A stretch of 64,000 nucleotides of DNA from Candidatus Daviesbacteria bacterium RIFCSPHIGHO2_12_FULL_37_16 (GCA_001776785.1 MFDF01000023.1:60432-124431); one strand, 5' to 3'. Shown: positions 19,824-29,900, counted from the stretch's first letter. The notes: a model not told the origin generated them from the letters alone. A program made the numbers and translations.

Positions 19824-21263
19824 TTAGAATGGGTTTGTAATTAAATTTGAGTTTAAATATTTAAGTTTTATATTTGGCGGGGATTCAATGTTGGTTAACT
19901 TTTTCTGAGAGTTTAAATAGCTACTAAGAATTTTATAGGTATCTAAATCAAAATTGATGTATTCTTCCTGCTCTAACCCATCCATTGTAACCTTTCCTAT
20001 TAAACACCAGTTATTTAATAGGAATCCCTCATCCCCTTCTTTGATAATAATTGGCCCGTTAAATGGCCAGGGTTTAAGTCTGCTGCGGGTGAAGGCTTCT
20101 ATAAACCTTAAATTATACTTTATGGTTTTTTCTTTACCTTTGCAGGCACCATGACAATTGCCAAGCCTGTAGCCAAAACATTCCCCCTTAGTATTTTCTA
20201 AAGATAATAATTTCTCACAAAGATTAAAGTTTTTACAGATAATTAATAAAGTATCTTTTGCCTGTTTTTTTGACCTGAAAACTCCAACTATAGAATCTAA
20301 GTCTGCAGGATTAATTCTATCCACAGACTCCAGTGCTATAGTTTTATACCCTTGGGGATTGTCTTTAACTTTTAATAGCAAAAGTTTTCTGGAGAGCCTA
20401 AGCTTTGAGTTATAAAGGGGCTGAAGTTTTTTTACCAGAGTGGATTCTAATAAAAGGGCTCCCAATTCTCCAAAGGTTTGAATAGTTTCTATGTTTGTGA
20501 TTAGCTGGGCAATTTTTAACTCTTTTGAAGAAAGATGGTCTGAGGAGAAGTGGGACATTACCCTATCTTTAATATTTATACTTTTTCCCACATAAAGGGG
20601 TGCCCTATTTTCTCCATAAAAAATATAGACTCCTGGGGATTTGGGGAGTGAATCTAAAATATCCTCAGAAATTTTTATAGGAATGGAGGGTCTTTTCATA
20701 GCTTTTTTAAGGTTTAATAAAAGTGTTTCTTTGGGCAGTTTTTTTGTTAAATGTGAGTAAAAATCCCACAAAACTTTAGCATCATCAAAAGCGCGGTGGC
20801 GGTTTTTAACTTTGAATTTAAACCTTTCTATTATGCTGTCTAAATTGTGGTGTCTGTGTTCAGGATATAAAGCCCTTGATAACTTTACTGTGCAAATTTG
20901 TTTTGGAGAAAAACTAATTTCCCATCTTTTAAATTCATTCTTTAAAAAACTTAAATCAAACCTGACATTGTGGGCTACAAAGATACAATCCTCTAGAAGA
21001 GAATAAATATCTTTTTTAACTTCATAAAAAGTTGGTGCAGCCTCAAGCTGTGAAGGGGTTATGCCTGTTAGTTCAACTATCTCTTCAGGGATATGACACT
21101 GAGGATTAAGTAAAGTCTGGTAGCTTTCAATTAATTTGTGGTTTTCAACTCTTAATATGCCTATTTCTATAATTCTATCTGAAATCCTACAGCCTGTAGT
21201 TTCTATATCAACAAAAGCTAGTTTTTTTGGCAGATCATCCATAGGAGAATTGAATATTATCAA
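19824..21263 (-). CDS. DnaQ-like 3'-5' exonuclease fused to a GIY-YIG nuclease domain
   Basis: Exo I FVDIETTG. Exo II/III (HNVRFD..., HRAFDDA). GIY-YIG (PGVYIFYGEN...LYVGKSINIKDR). Confidence 0.7.
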   Translation of the reverse strand: MIIFNSPMDDLPKKLAFVDIETTGCRISDRIIEIGILRVENHKLIESYQTLLNPQCHIPEEIVELTGITPSQLEAAPTFYEVKKDIYSLLEDCIFVAHNVRFDLSFLKNEFKRWEISFSPKQICTVKLSRALYPEHRHHNLDSIIERFKFKVKNRHRAFDDAKVLWDFYSHLTKKLPKETLLLNLKKAMKRPSIPIKISEDILDSLPKSPGVYIFYGENRAPLYVGKSINIKDRVMSHFSSDHLSSKELKIAQLITNIETIQTFGELGALLLESTLVKKLQPLYNSKLRLSRKLLLLKVKDNPQGYKTIALESVDRINPADLDSIVGVFRSKKQAKDTLLIICKNFNLCEKLLSLENTKGECFGYRLGNCHGACKGKEKTIKYNLRFIEAFTRSRLKPWPFNGPIIIKEGDEGFLLNNWCLIGKVTMDGLEQEEYINFDLDTYKILSSYLNSQKKLTNIESPPNIKLKYLNSNLITNPF

Positions 21264-21307
21264 AGGTATTATTAATAAGGCAATACTTATATGAGGAATG
21301 GTAAGAT

Positions 21308-21481
21308 ATGGATATGCTTAGGAATTTTTTCTTTGTATTAATAATTGGATTTTTTATCACTGGAATCTATGCAGCTTTTTACAATTCCCATAGAAAAATA
21401 AACCAACAAGTCCTACCAGCCTCTACAACTGCTCCAGAGTATCTGGAAAGTACTCCATCTGCGAGCCCCCTAAAAAAATGA
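21308..21481 (+). CDS. Possible 57-aa single-TM mini-protein
   Basis: MDMLRNFFFVLIIGFFITGIYAAF.... Followed by a GC hairpin (CCCCGC-ACGTA-GCGGGG) and a T-run. Below the track cut-off. Confidence 0.3.
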   Translation: MDMLRNFFFVLIIGFFITGIYAAFYNSHRKINQQVLPASTTAPEYLESTPSASPLKK

Positions 21482-21627
21482 GTCGAAAAACCCCGCACGT
21501 AGCGGGGATTCTCGAAAACTTATTTTTTAAGTAAGCTTATTATGTATAGCAGATAGGGCATTTTTCAGTCAACTAATGCAAAATATATCAATTTGCATGT
21601 TTTAAACAAATGCACTATAAATTTAGT

Positions 21628-22134
21628 ATGAAGATTTATATTGGTGCTGACCATACAGGATTTGAGTTAAAAGAGAAGATTAGGACTTATCTTTCAGAAC
21701 TTGGTCATGAAGTAGAGGATTGCGGGGCATTTGAGTATGACAAAAGTGATGATTATCCTGACTTTATAGCAAAGACTGCACAGTCTGTTTCAAAAGATCT
21801 GGAAAATAGTTTAGGAATAGTTATAGGAGGTTCTGGTCAGGGAGAGGCAATGGCTGCAAATAAAATTAAAGGGATTAGATGTGCCTTGTTTTATGGCCCG
21901 GCTTTAGCAGTTGAGGCAATTGATATAAATGGTAACAGCAGTGATGACCCATATGAGATTTTGAAACTGACAAGAATTCATAATGGTGCAAATGTCTTAT
22001 CTTTGGGAGTGAGGTTTTTAACAGAAGCGCAGGCAAAAGAGGCTGTAAAAGTTTGGCTGGATGCACCTTTTGCCACTGAAGACAGACATATAAAAAGAAT
22101 TGAAAAGATTAAAAAGATTGAAGAAAAAAGTTAA
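21628..22134 (+). CDS. rpiB: Ribose-5-phosphate isomerase B (RpiB/LacAB family); the ORF could extend to 21610
   Basis: MKIYIGADHTGFELKE..., GIVIGGSGQGEAMAANK, CALFYGP. Confidence 0.8.
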   Translation: MKIYIGADHTGFELKEKIRTYLSELGHEVEDCGAFEYDKSDDYPDFIAKTAQSVSKDLENSLGIVIGGSGQGEAMAANKIKGIRCALFYGPALAVEAIDINGNSSDDPYEILKLTRIHNGANVLSLGVRFLTEAQAKEAVKVWLDAPFATEDRHIKRIEKIKKIEEKS

Positions 22135-22781
22135 TGGTTCAAATTATTCCTACTTTATTTGCAACTTCTGAAGAGGATTATCAAAAAAGAATTGTACAGC
22201 TTAATTCTGTACCAAGCTTTGAAGATGGGTGGGTACAAATTGACCTCATGGATAATAAATTTGTTCAAAATTTGAGTGTCGATCTGGATATTGTAGAAAA
22301 ATACCCCCTAAAATTTAAAAAAGAAGGTCACTTAATGGTTGAAGACCCTGAAAGCTGGTTTGAAGGTTTACTTGAATTTGGTGTGGATAGAATAATTTTT
22401 CCTATAGAGATTGAAAAAGATATTGATGGGTTAATCAAAAAGGTAAAAAGTAATAACATAGAAGTAGGTTTGTCTTTAAATCCAGAGACTCCAGTTGAAA
22501 AACTAGAAAATTATTTAGATAAGGTTAATGTAGTTTTAGTCATGGGGGTGAATCCTGGTTTGGAAGGACAACAGCTTGATCCTAATACAGTAGGGAAAGT
22601 CAGACAGCTTAAAGAAAAAAGGAATGATTTAATAATTGGGGTGGATGGTGGAGTTAAAGATACAAATGTTAGAAGTTTAGTTGAAGCTGGAGTGGATTAT
22701 TTAGCAATAGGATCATTTTTGTTTGAAGGGGATGTAGAGGAAAACATAGAGAAGATTTGGGAAGCAATCAAGAAAATGTAA
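22134..22781 (+). CDS. rpe: Ribulose-phosphate 3-epimerase-like (TIM barrel)
   Basis: QIDLMDNKFVQN (cf. H-x-D-x-M-D-G-x-F-V-P-N). GVNPG. Start overlaps the rpiB stop (TAATG). Confidence 0.7.
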   Translation: MVQIIPTLFATSEEDYQKRIVQLNSVPSFEDGWVQIDLMDNKFVQNLSVDLDIVEKYPLKFKKEGHLMVEDPESWFEGLLEFGVDRIIFPIEIEKDIDGLIKKVKSNNIEVGLSLNPETPVEKLENYLDKVNVVLVMGVNPGLEGQQLDPNTVGKVRQLKEKRNDLIIGVDGGVKDTNVRSLVEAGVDYLAIGSFLFEGDVEENIEKIWEAIKKM

Positions 22782-22866
22782 GGACCTGCTTCGCACTTCA
22801 GTGAGAATGGTTTTACTTCGTGCTCGCAGAACCTTGCCTTTTTAAACTAATGATATTTGAAGAAAA

Positions 22867-23547
22867 ATGGAAAGTTTAAAAACGTTGAAAAAATTTGGGA
22901 AACTCTTAAGAGCTAAACAAAGATGTGAGCTTAAAGCTCACACTATAGAGAATGTAGCTATCTTTGGCTATGCAGATACTTCAAACAGGGAACATTTATT
23001 CAGGGATGTCTTTAAAGTTTGCAAGAGGCTGGCTGAGTCAGGCTACACTGTTGTGGATGGAGGAGGCCCTGGGGTGATGCTGGCTGCTTCTCTGGGAGCT
23101 AAAGAGGGTGGAGGGAAAGTGATTGGTGTGACTTTGTACCCAAAAGACATGAAAAATTTTGAAGGGAGGGATCCTGAAAATTTACTAGATAAGGAGATTA
23201 AGACTGATAACTATATTGAAAGGACATTAACATTAATGAGGCATGGGCAGGTTTATGTAATTTTTAATGGGGGGACTGGTACTATCTCTGAATTTGGGAT
23301 GGCTTGGGGTTTAGCTAGGCTTTATTTTGGACACCATAAGCCTTTAATTTTATATGGAAAATTCTGGAAAAATATTATGAAAGCTTTTAAAGAGAATATG
23401 CTTTTGAGGGAAGAGGAGTCCAAAGTTTATAAAATTGTTGATGACCCTGAGGAGGTTTTACAGGCTATTTATGATTTTGAGTGTGAGATAGTTGCAGGTG
23501 AACATAGGGATCATCTAAAAGCTTCCAAAAATGGATTCAGTATATAA
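22867..23547 (+). CDS. LOG-family / TIGR00730 Rossmann-fold nucleotide-binding protein
   Basis: GGGPGVMLAAS and NGGTGTISEF motifs. Confidence 0.65.
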   Translation: MESLKTLKKFGKLLRAKQRCELKAHTIENVAIFGYADTSNREHLFRDVFKVCKRLAESGYTVVDGGGPGVMLAASLGAKEGGGKVIGVTLYPKDMKNFEGRDPENLLDKEIKTDNYIERTLTLMRHGQVYVIFNGGTGTISEFGMAWGLARLYFGHHKPLILYGKFWKNIMKAFKENMLLREEESKVYKIVDDPEEVLQAIYDFECEIVAGEHRDHLKASKNGFSI

Positions 23548-23556
23548 TATATCTAT

Positions 23557-24441
23557 ATGCTTTCTGCCCATGAAGTTAAACAATTAGAATTAAAGGCAAA
23601 TGAGATCCGCATTGACCTTATAAAGATGCTTGAGGAAGCAGGCAGCGGGCATTCTGCAGGCCCTTTGGGGATGGCAGATATATTTACTGCACTTTATTTT
23701 AATATTCTAAATATTGATTCCAAAAATCCAAATTTAGCTGAAAGAGATAGGTTAGTTTTATCAAATGGGCATATCTGCCCTGTACTTTATACTACTATGG
23801 CCCACAGGGGATTTTTTCCTGTTGAAGAGCTTAAGACGTTGCGAAAGCTGGGGAGTAGGTTGCAAGGGCATCCACACAGAGAAGCTTTACCTGGTTTAGA
23901 AACAACCTCAGGGCCTTTGGGTTCTGGACTTTCGCAAGCCAGTGGGATGGCAGCTGTAGCTAAGATGGATAAGCTTCCCTGGAGGGTTTACTGCTTAATG
24001 AGTGATGGGGAGCAGGATGAGGGGAATACCTGGGAAGCTGTGATGTTTGCAGCAAAATATAAACTGGATAATTTAACTGCCATTATGGATAGAAATCACA
24101 TTCAAATTGATGGTTTTACAGAAGATATCATGCCTTTGGATTCCCTAAAAGCTAAGTATGAGGCATTTAATTGGTATGTAATAGAAATTGATGGGCATAA
24201 TATGCAGGAGATTATTGATGCCTGTCATGAAGCTGAGGCAATTCATGATAAGCCAGTTTTGATTTTGGCCCATACAATTCCCGGGAAGGGTGTGGATTTT
24301 ATGGAGAATGATTATAAATGGCATGGAGCTCCTCCAGGGGCTTCTGATATGGAAGGTGAACCTAAAAAAGAAGAGCAGGCAAAAATTGCACTTAAGGAAC
24401 TAAGAACTTTAAGAGGAAAGATACGATCGGAGCATGAATGA
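23557..24441 (+). CDS. tktA: Transketolase, N-terminal (TPP-binding) subunit
   Basis: GHSAGPLGMADI, SNGH, GPLGSGLSQASGMA. Split-gene arrangement. Confidence 0.85.
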   Translation: MLSAHEVKQLELKANEIRIDLIKMLEEAGSGHSAGPLGMADIFTALYFNILNIDSKNPNLAERDRLVLSNGHICPVLYTTMAHRGFFPVEELKTLRKLGSRLQGHPHREALPGLETTSGPLGSGLSQASGMAAVAKMDKLPWRVYCLMSDGEQDEGNTWEAVMFAAKYKLDNLTAIMDRNHIQIDGFTEDIMPLDSLKAKYEAFNWYVIEIDGHNMQEIIDACHEAEAIHDKPVLILAHTIPGKGVDFMENDYKWHGAPPGASDMEGEPKKEEQAKIALKELRTLRGKIRSEHE

Positions 24442-25424
24442 TTAATCAAAACTTAAAATTAAATCCTAAACTTTTTGATGAGGATATTGAGGAGGCTCCT
24501 ACCAGGAAGGGGTTTGGGGAGGGGTTGGTAATTGCAGGCGATGAAAATCCTAATGTGGTGGCTCTTTGTGCAGATTTAACAGAGTCTACTAGGATGGAGG
24601 AGTTTAAAAAGAAAAATCCTTCTAGGTTTTTTGAGGTTGGGGTGGCTGAGCAGAATTTGGTTACTGTTGGATCAGGTATGGCAGCAGCTGGAAAGATTCC
24701 CTTTGTTGCAAGTTATGCTACTTTTTCTCCAGGCAGGAATTGGGAGCAGATTAGGACTACTATTTGTTATAACAATGTGCCTGTAAAGATTGTTGGATCC
24801 CATGCAGGGATTTCTGTAGGACCTGATGGAGCAACACATCAGGCTTTAGAAGATATAGCTTTAATGAGGGCTTTACCAAATATGGTGGTAATTGTTCCGG
24901 TGGATGCAATTGAGGCCAAAAAAGCCACTATTGCAATGAGTAAAGATAAGATGCCTGATTATTTAAGACTTTCCAGATCTAATGTTCCAACTGTTACAAC
25001 TGAGGAAACACCTTTTGAAATTGGGAAGGCTGAAGTTTTTTTTGAGGGTAAAGATGTAACAGTCATTGCCTGCGGGCAGATGGTCCATAGAGCACTTTTG
25101 GCTGCAGAGGATTTGAAAAAGAGTAATATAAGTGTCCGGGTAATAAATTGTTCCACTATTAAACCTTTAGACTCAAAAACAATATTAAAAGCGGCAGAAG
25201 AAACAGGAGCAATTGTTACTGTTGAAGAGCACCAGGTAAATGGAGGGTTAGGCGGGGCAGTTTCAGAGCTTGTAAGTGCCCATTTTCCTGTACCTATAAA
25301 AATAATAGGGATTGAGGACCATTTTGGAGAGAGTGGGGAACCTGAAGAGCTATTAGAAAAGTTTGGGTTGACTGTAGAAAATATTATAAAGGCTGTAACG
25401 CAGGTTTTAAGAATGAAACATTAA
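24438..25424 (+). CDS. tktB: Transketolase, C-terminal (Pyr + C-terminal domain) subunit
   Basis: 4-nt overlap with the N-terminal subunit. FEVGVAEQNLV, GPDGATHQALEDIALMRALPNM. Confidence 0.85.
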   Translation: MINQNLKLNPKLFDEDIEEAPTRKGFGEGLVIAGDENPNVVALCADLTESTRMEEFKKKNPSRFFEVGVAEQNLVTVGSGMAAAGKIPFVASYATFSPGRNWEQIRTTICYNNVPVKIVGSHAGISVGPDGATHQALEDIALMRALPNMVVIVPVDAIEAKKATIAMSKDKMPDYLRLSRSNVPTVTTEETPFEIGKAEVFFEGKDVTVIACGQMVHRALLAAEDLKKSNISVRVINCSTIKPLDSKTILKAAEETGAIVTVEEHQVNGGLGGAVSELVSAHFPVPIKIIGIEDHFGESGEPEELLEKFGLTVENIIKAVTQVLRMKH

Positions 25425-25444
25425 AAAGTAGGAGGTGAGTTTAT

Positions 25445-25576
25445 ATGATGGGTTTTGGGAGTTATGGAATGATGAATTCAGGTTTTGGTTTTTTGGCCAG
25501 TTTATTTTGGCTGGTAATATTTATTGATTTTATACTACTAGGTGTTTGGCTCTGGAAACAAATTAATAAAAAATAG
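25445..25576 (+). CDS. Possible 43-aa Met/Gly-rich single-TM peptide
   Basis: Strong RBS AAGTAGGAGGTGAG 6 nt upstream. MMGFGSYGMMNSGFGFLASLFWLVIFIDFILLGVWLWKQINKK. Immediately upstream of the CsoR operator. Confidence 0.3.
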   Translation: MMGFGSYGMMNSGFGFLASLFWLVIFIDFILLGVWLWKQINKK

Positions 25577-25615
25577 AGTGAATAAATAATATCTTGCCAG
25601 AATACTACTTATAAA

Positions 25616-25648
25616 TTAATATATCCCCATAGGGGGGATATATTAATG
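25616..25648 (+). promoter_or_regulatory. CsoR-type operator: GC-cored inverted repeat TTAATATATCCCC-ATA-GGGGGGATATATTAA overlapping the csoR start
   Basis: A 13-bp perfect inverted repeat with a C/G-tract core, as in characterised CsoR operators. It abuts the csoR ATG (25646). Confidence 0.5.
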
Positions 25649-25915
25649 GCTTACAGACCTAAAGATCTACAGGAAAGAATCCTTCACAGGTTAAAAATTT
25701 CAAGAGGACATCTAAATAAAGTAATTAACATGATTGAGAGTGATGAGTATTGTATAGATGTACTTACGCAATCCCAAGCCGTTCAAAAAGCAATTAAAGA
25801 AACTGATGCTCTGATTTTGGAAAACCATTTAAAAGGGTGTGTTGTTGATCACATACAAAGAGGAGAGACAAAAGCTACTATCGATGAAATAATGAAAATT
25901 TTTAGAAAACAATAA
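25646..25915 (+). CDS. csoR: CsoR/RcnR-family metal-sensing transcriptional repressor
   Basis: 89 aa. Conserved Cys...His...Cys (YCIDV, CVVDH). DUF156 fold. Confidence 0.75.
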   Translation: MAYRPKDLQERILHRLKISRGHLNKVINMIESDEYCIDVLTQSQAVQKAIKETDALILENHLKGCVVDHIQRGETKATIDEIMKIFRKQ

Positions 25916-25930
25916 AAAGGAGGTGAATAT

Positions 25931-26572
25931 ATGAAACAAAGAGACCCTTTAATTTACGGAATAATAGGTGTGCTCATTGGTGGTGCATTTGTATGGTTTT
26001 CGGCTACAAATGCAGTTAATAACAATAACTATGGCATGATGCAGATGATGGGTATGCGTGGAGGAAACCAGGGTATGATGATCAGTTCAACCACGATAGA
26101 TGCTCATTTTATCGAGCAAATGATTCCCCACCACGAAGATGCTATTACGATGGCAAAACTTGCTCAAGAAAAAGCTAGGCGTCCTGAGATTAAAACGCTT
26201 GCCCAAAACATTATCAATTCCCAAAGCCGGGAAATTGATCAGATGAAAGGTTGGTATAAAAATTGGTTTGGCAGAGAATTACCTGTAGGTACCCAAGTAA
26301 TGAGCCAACATGGAATGATAGGAGGAAGTGGTATGCATATGGGTATGATGGGTGACGAGACGGATATGGCAAGACTTGAACAAACTGCTGATTTTGATAA
26401 AGCGTTTATTGAGGAGATGATCCCTCACCACCAGATGGCTGTAATGATGGCAAGTATGCTTAAAAGTAGTACAAATAGAGATGAGATGAGAAAACTTGCA
26501 GATGATATTATCACTGCTCAAACTAGTGAAATAGATCAGATGAGGCAGTGGTATATAAACTGGGGGTACTAA
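25931..26572 (+). CDS. DUF305 copper-resistance-associated protein with Met-rich inserts
   Basis: Duplicated F(I)EQMIPHHEDAI / FIEEMIPHHQMAV motifs. Met-rich MMQMMGM and MHMGMM. N-terminal TM. Confidence 0.7.
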   Translation: MKQRDPLIYGIIGVLIGGAFVWFSATNAVNNNNYGMMQMMGMRGGNQGMMISSTTIDAHFIEQMIPHHEDAITMAKLAQEKARRPEIKTLAQNIINSQSREIDQMKGWYKNWFGRELPVGTQVMSQHGMIGGSGMHMGMMGDETDMARLEQTADFDKAFIEEMIPHHQMAVMMASMLKSSTNRDEMRKLADDIITAQTSEIDQMRQWYINWGY

Positions 26573-26603
26573 GGAGGTGAGTACCATAAAAAAGTATTTA
26601 ACA

Positions 26604-26753
26604 ATGTGGCAGGTGTGGGCTGGAATTACAGTTGTACTTGCTATATTAGTGATTAGTGGGGTAACTAATTTTGCTGGTTTTTTGCCTTTCATATTGCTGT
26701 TAGCGTGTCCTATCATAATGATGTTTATGATGCGAGGGCACAAGCACAAATAA
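26604..26753 (+). CDS. DUF2933-like 49-aa membrane mini-protein (LLLACPIIMMFMMRGHKHK tail)
   Basis: Small TM protein with a Cys-Pro, Met-rich, His tail typical of DUF2933 found in metal-resistance loci. The start could instead be the in-frame GTG at 26577. Confidence 0.4.
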   Translation: MWQVWAGITVVLAILVISGVTNFAGFLPFILLLACPIIMMFMMRGHKHK

Positions 26754-26763
26754 AATAAAGGGG

Positions 26764-27036
26764 GTGATTAAATTGTTAAAAGAAAAAGAATTTGCCAATG
26801 CTTTTACTGTTGTCAGTTTGGGGGTTTATGTAGTTTGCAGGGTATTATCACTTATTGCACCTGACTTTCTTTTTAGTGTAGGGAAAAGCTGGTTTCATAC
26901 CTTTAGCTTAGACAGTATGAGGGCTGTTTCACCAATGGATTTAGGTACATTTATATTTGGGGCAGTTAGCTTAGCTTTTTTAGTATGGATAACTACATAC
27001 TCAGGGGCAGCCTTATATAATAAGTGGGCAAAATAA
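26764..27036 (+). CDS. Small two-TM membrane protein (DUF5676-like?)
   Basis: 90 aa. GTG start with RBS AAAGGGG. Confidence 0.4.
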   Translation: MIKLLKEKEFANAFTVVSLGVYVVCRVLSLIAPDFLFSVGKSWFHTFSLDSMRAVSPMDLGTFIFGAVSLAFLVWITTYSGAALYNKWAK

Positions 27037-27165
27037 GTTTAGTGAATAGAATAATTAAAAACACATTTACGATTACGCCTGTCTGCCGACAGGCAGGCCT
27101 TTAAGGTTTTCGACTCTGAGGGACGAGCCCTCAGGCTCAGACTCGAATGAGTGGAAAGCTAAATT

Positions 27166-27606
27166 TTGCAAAATATGAAAATGAGTAATAAAAATTTTGT
27201 GATTTCAAATAGGTTAAAAACCCTCCTAATGCTTTCGATAGTTGTGGTCTATCTACACTTTTTTGAAGAAGTTATTACGGGTTTTTATAACAATGATTGG
27301 ATAATGAAGTATATTAGCAGTCTCTTCCAAAATATTAATCAAGCGCAATATTACGCGTCGCATATTGTTTGGATTCTCATGATTGGTCCAGCTGCCCTAC
27401 TGGTTTTAGGAGGAAAATGGACTCTAAGAGTGTTAACACTTTATGGTATCTTCTTTATTTTTGAACTACATCATTTGATTGATGCTATTAGAACACTTTC
27501 CTACTATCCAGGAGTAATTACAAATATTGTGTTTGAAATAATTGGATTATTTTATTGGAAAGAGTTAGTAAATAACTGGAGGAGTGCTGAAGCATATGAA
27601 AACTAA
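27166..27606 (+). CDS. HXXEE-domain membrane protein
   Basis: LHFFEEV is the eponymous H-x-x-E-E motif. 4 TM helices. Confidence 0.6.
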   Translation: MQNMKMSNKNFVISNRLKTLLMLSIVVVYLHFFEEVITGFYNNDWIMKYISSLFQNINQAQYYASHIVWILMIGPAALLVLGGKWTLRVLTLYGIFFIFELHHLIDAIRTLSYYPGVITNIVFEIIGLFYWKELVNNWRSAEAYEN

Positions 27607-29857
27607 AGAAATAATTAAAACTTATATTTGTCCAATGCATCCTGAAGTAACATCAGACAATCCTGGTAGATGTCCTAAGTGTGGAATGAAGCTTGTTGAG
27701 ACAGAGATAAAAATGCCTGTCCGCCGAAGCCTGAGTGAAGGTGGAGAACATAAAGATATGGATCATGGAGGTCATGTAATGAAGCCTGTTTCTGAGATGT
27801 CTTTTTGGGAAAAGTTTAAGATGAGTATGGGGATGACTATGGGGATGGAGCACACCGGGCTTGCAGGCAGGGAGATGGCTAAAATGATGGAGGAGGATAT
27901 CAGGAATAAGTTTTTTGTTTCTTTAATTCTCACAATACCCATTGTTTTATATTCCCCTCTGGGAATGAATCTTTTAGGGTTGAGACTTCCTGAGCCAATC
28001 CCAGGAGTTTGGATAATGTTTTTGCTTACAACCCCTGTTTATTTTTACTGCGGGTGGATCTTCCTTTACTCAAGCTACATTGCTTTAAAGCAAAAAACTT
28101 TAAACATGGCAGTTTTAATTGCTGTTGGGATTACTGCTGCCTACATATTTTCAATTGTTTTAACACTTTTGGGATCTGTGGAGTCTTTTTATGAAGCTGC
28201 TGCTATGCTTACAACTTTTGTTTTATTTGGGCACTGGATGGAGATGAAGAGTAGAAGAGGCACAACAGATGCGCTGCAGGCTCTTTTTAATTTAGTTCCC
28301 CCGCAAGCCAGGGTTTTACGGGATGGCAAAGAGCTGCTAGTACCAACTTCTGAGGTTAAAATTGGGGATGTTTTAATTTTAAAGCCCGGAGATAAAGTAC
28401 CAGTTGATGGTGTTATTTTAGATGGAGAAACAGCTATTGATGAGTCTTTGGTTACAGGTGAGTCTCTGCCTGTTTCTAAAAAAAGAGGTGATCTGGTAAT
28501 AGGAGGGTCAATAAATACTTCAGGATCAGTTAGGTTTAAAGCCACTAAGGTTGGGGAGGATACAGCTTTAGCCCAAATTGTAAAAATGGTTGAAACTGCT
28601 CAAAACTCCAAGGCCCCCGGGCAAAAACTAGCCGATAAATTTGCTAAGTACCTTGTAATAGTTGCAGTTGGTGGAGGTTTACTTACCTTTTTAGTCTGGT
28701 TTTTTATACTTGGACAGCCCTTACTTTTTGCATTAACTTTTGCAATATCCACAGTAGTGATTGCCTGTCCTGATGCTTTAGGGCTTGCTACCCCTACTGC
28801 AGTAGCAGTTGGTACAGGACTTGGGGCAAAACATAATATTTTAATAAAAGATGCACCTACTTTAGAGCAGGTTTCTAAGATCCAGGCTGTGGTTTTAGAT
28901 AAAACAGGAACACTGACAGAGGGTAAACCAAAAATTACAGATATTGCTGTTATAGCAGGTTACTCTAAAGAAGAGGCATTAATCTTGGTTGCAGCTGCTG
29001 AGGCAAAATCTTCGCACCCCCTAGCAAATGCAGTGCTTGAGGAATTAAAAAATAGAAAATTGGAATTATCAGGGAATGTTGAAAAGTTTGAGAATTTATC
29101 AGGTTTAGGGGTTAGGGCAGTGGTGGATAATAAAAAAATCCTTGTAGGGACAATTAAATTAATGAAAGATGAAGGAGTTGAGATTAATAAAAATTTGCAG
29201 GATAAGATTGATGAGTTTTTGAAAGATGGTGAAACTATTATGGTTTTAGCAGTGAATAAAGCTGGAGTAGCAGCAATAGGAGCACAAGACCCCATAAAAC
29301 CTAATGCCAAAAAAGCTATTGAGAGGTTAAAAGAGTTGGGGATAGAGACTGCCATGATTACAGGGGATAACAAAGCAACAGCTGATGTAGTTGCAAAAAA
29401 ACTGGGGATAGAGAGGGTTTTTGCAGAGGTGCTGCCAAAAGAAAAGTCTGAGTATGTTAAAAAATTACAGAGAGAGGGAAAGTTTACTGCTATGGTTGGG
29501 GATGGGGTGAATGATGCACCAGCTTTGGCCCAGGCAGATATAGGGATAGCTATTGGGGCAGGTACAGATGTTGCAATAGAGACTGCAAAGGTAGTGCTGA
29601 TGAAATCAGACCCTGCAGATGTTTTGAGGGCTATAAAACTTTCTAAAGCAACAGTTTTGAAGATGAAGCAAAACCTTTTTTGGGCTTCTATTTATAATTT
29701 ACTGGCAATCCCTATTGCAGCAGGGGTTTTATATCCTAACTTTGGGATAATGCTGCGGCCTGAATTTTCAGCGCTTTTAATGAGTATTTCTTCTGTTATT
29801 GTTGCAACTAATGCAGTTTTATTAAACAGGGCAGAAAAAGATTTAATTGCCCTTTGA
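27596..29857 (+). CDS. copA: Copper-translocating P1B-type ATPase (CopA/CopB-like) with an N-terminal Zn-ribbon heavy-metal-binding domain and a Met/His-rich region. TM6 motif is CPD rather than CPC/CPH.
   Basis: CPMHPEV...PGRCPKCGM (HMBD). MGMTMGMEH. DKTGTLT, TGDN, GDGVNDAP. TM7 YN, TM8 MSISS. Start taken at the ATG at 27596 (RBS GGAGGAG), overlapping the HXXEE stop. Confidence 0.85.
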   Translation: MKTKEIIKTYICPMHPEVTSDNPGRCPKCGMKLVETEIKMPVRRSLSEGGEHKDMDHGGHVMKPVSEMSFWEKFKMSMGMTMGMEHTGLAGREMAKMMEEDIRNKFFVSLILTIPIVLYSPLGMNLLGLRLPEPIPGVWIMFLLTTPVYFYCGWIFLYSSYIALKQKTLNMAVLIAVGITAAYIFSIVLTLLGSVESFYEAAAMLTTFVLFGHWMEMKSRRGTTDALQALFNLVPPQARVLRDGKELLVPTSEVKIGDVLILKPGDKVPVDGVILDGETAIDESLVTGESLPVSKKRGDLVIGGSINTSGSVRFKATKVGEDTALAQIVKMVETAQNSKAPGQKLADKFAKYLVIVAVGGGLLTFLVWFFILGQPLLFALTFAISTVVIACPDALGLATPTAVAVGTGLGAKHNILIKDAPTLEQVSKIQAVVLDKTGTLTEGKPKITDIAVIAGYSKEEALILVAAAEAKSSHPLANAVLEELKNRKLELSGNVEKFENLSGLGVRAVVDNKKILVGTIKLMKDEGVEINKNLQDKIDEFLKDGETIMVLAVNKAGVAAIGAQDPIKPNAKKAIERLKELGIETAMITGDNKATADVVAKKLGIERVFAEVLPKEKSEYVKKLQREGKFTAMVGDGVNDAPALAQADIGIAIGAGTDVAIETAKVVLMKSDPADVLRAIKLSKATVLKMKQNLFWASIYNLLAIPIAAGVLYPNFGIMLRPEFSALLMSISSVIVATNAVLLNRAEKDLIAL

Positions 29858-29900
29858 ATGTTTACAAGCGGGTTTTAGTATACTAAAATCATAAAACCTT

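Noticed and set aside
26279-26749. 156-aa minus-strand ORF across DUF305 and the DUF2933-like gene
   Set aside because: Antisense to two genes with strong motif support (MIPHH repeats). Cys/His-rich nonsense translation.
28189-29373. 118-aa and 137-aa minus-strand ORFs inside copA
   Set aside because: Antisense to the P-type ATPase, which has unambiguous DKTGT, TGDN and GDGVNDAP motifs.
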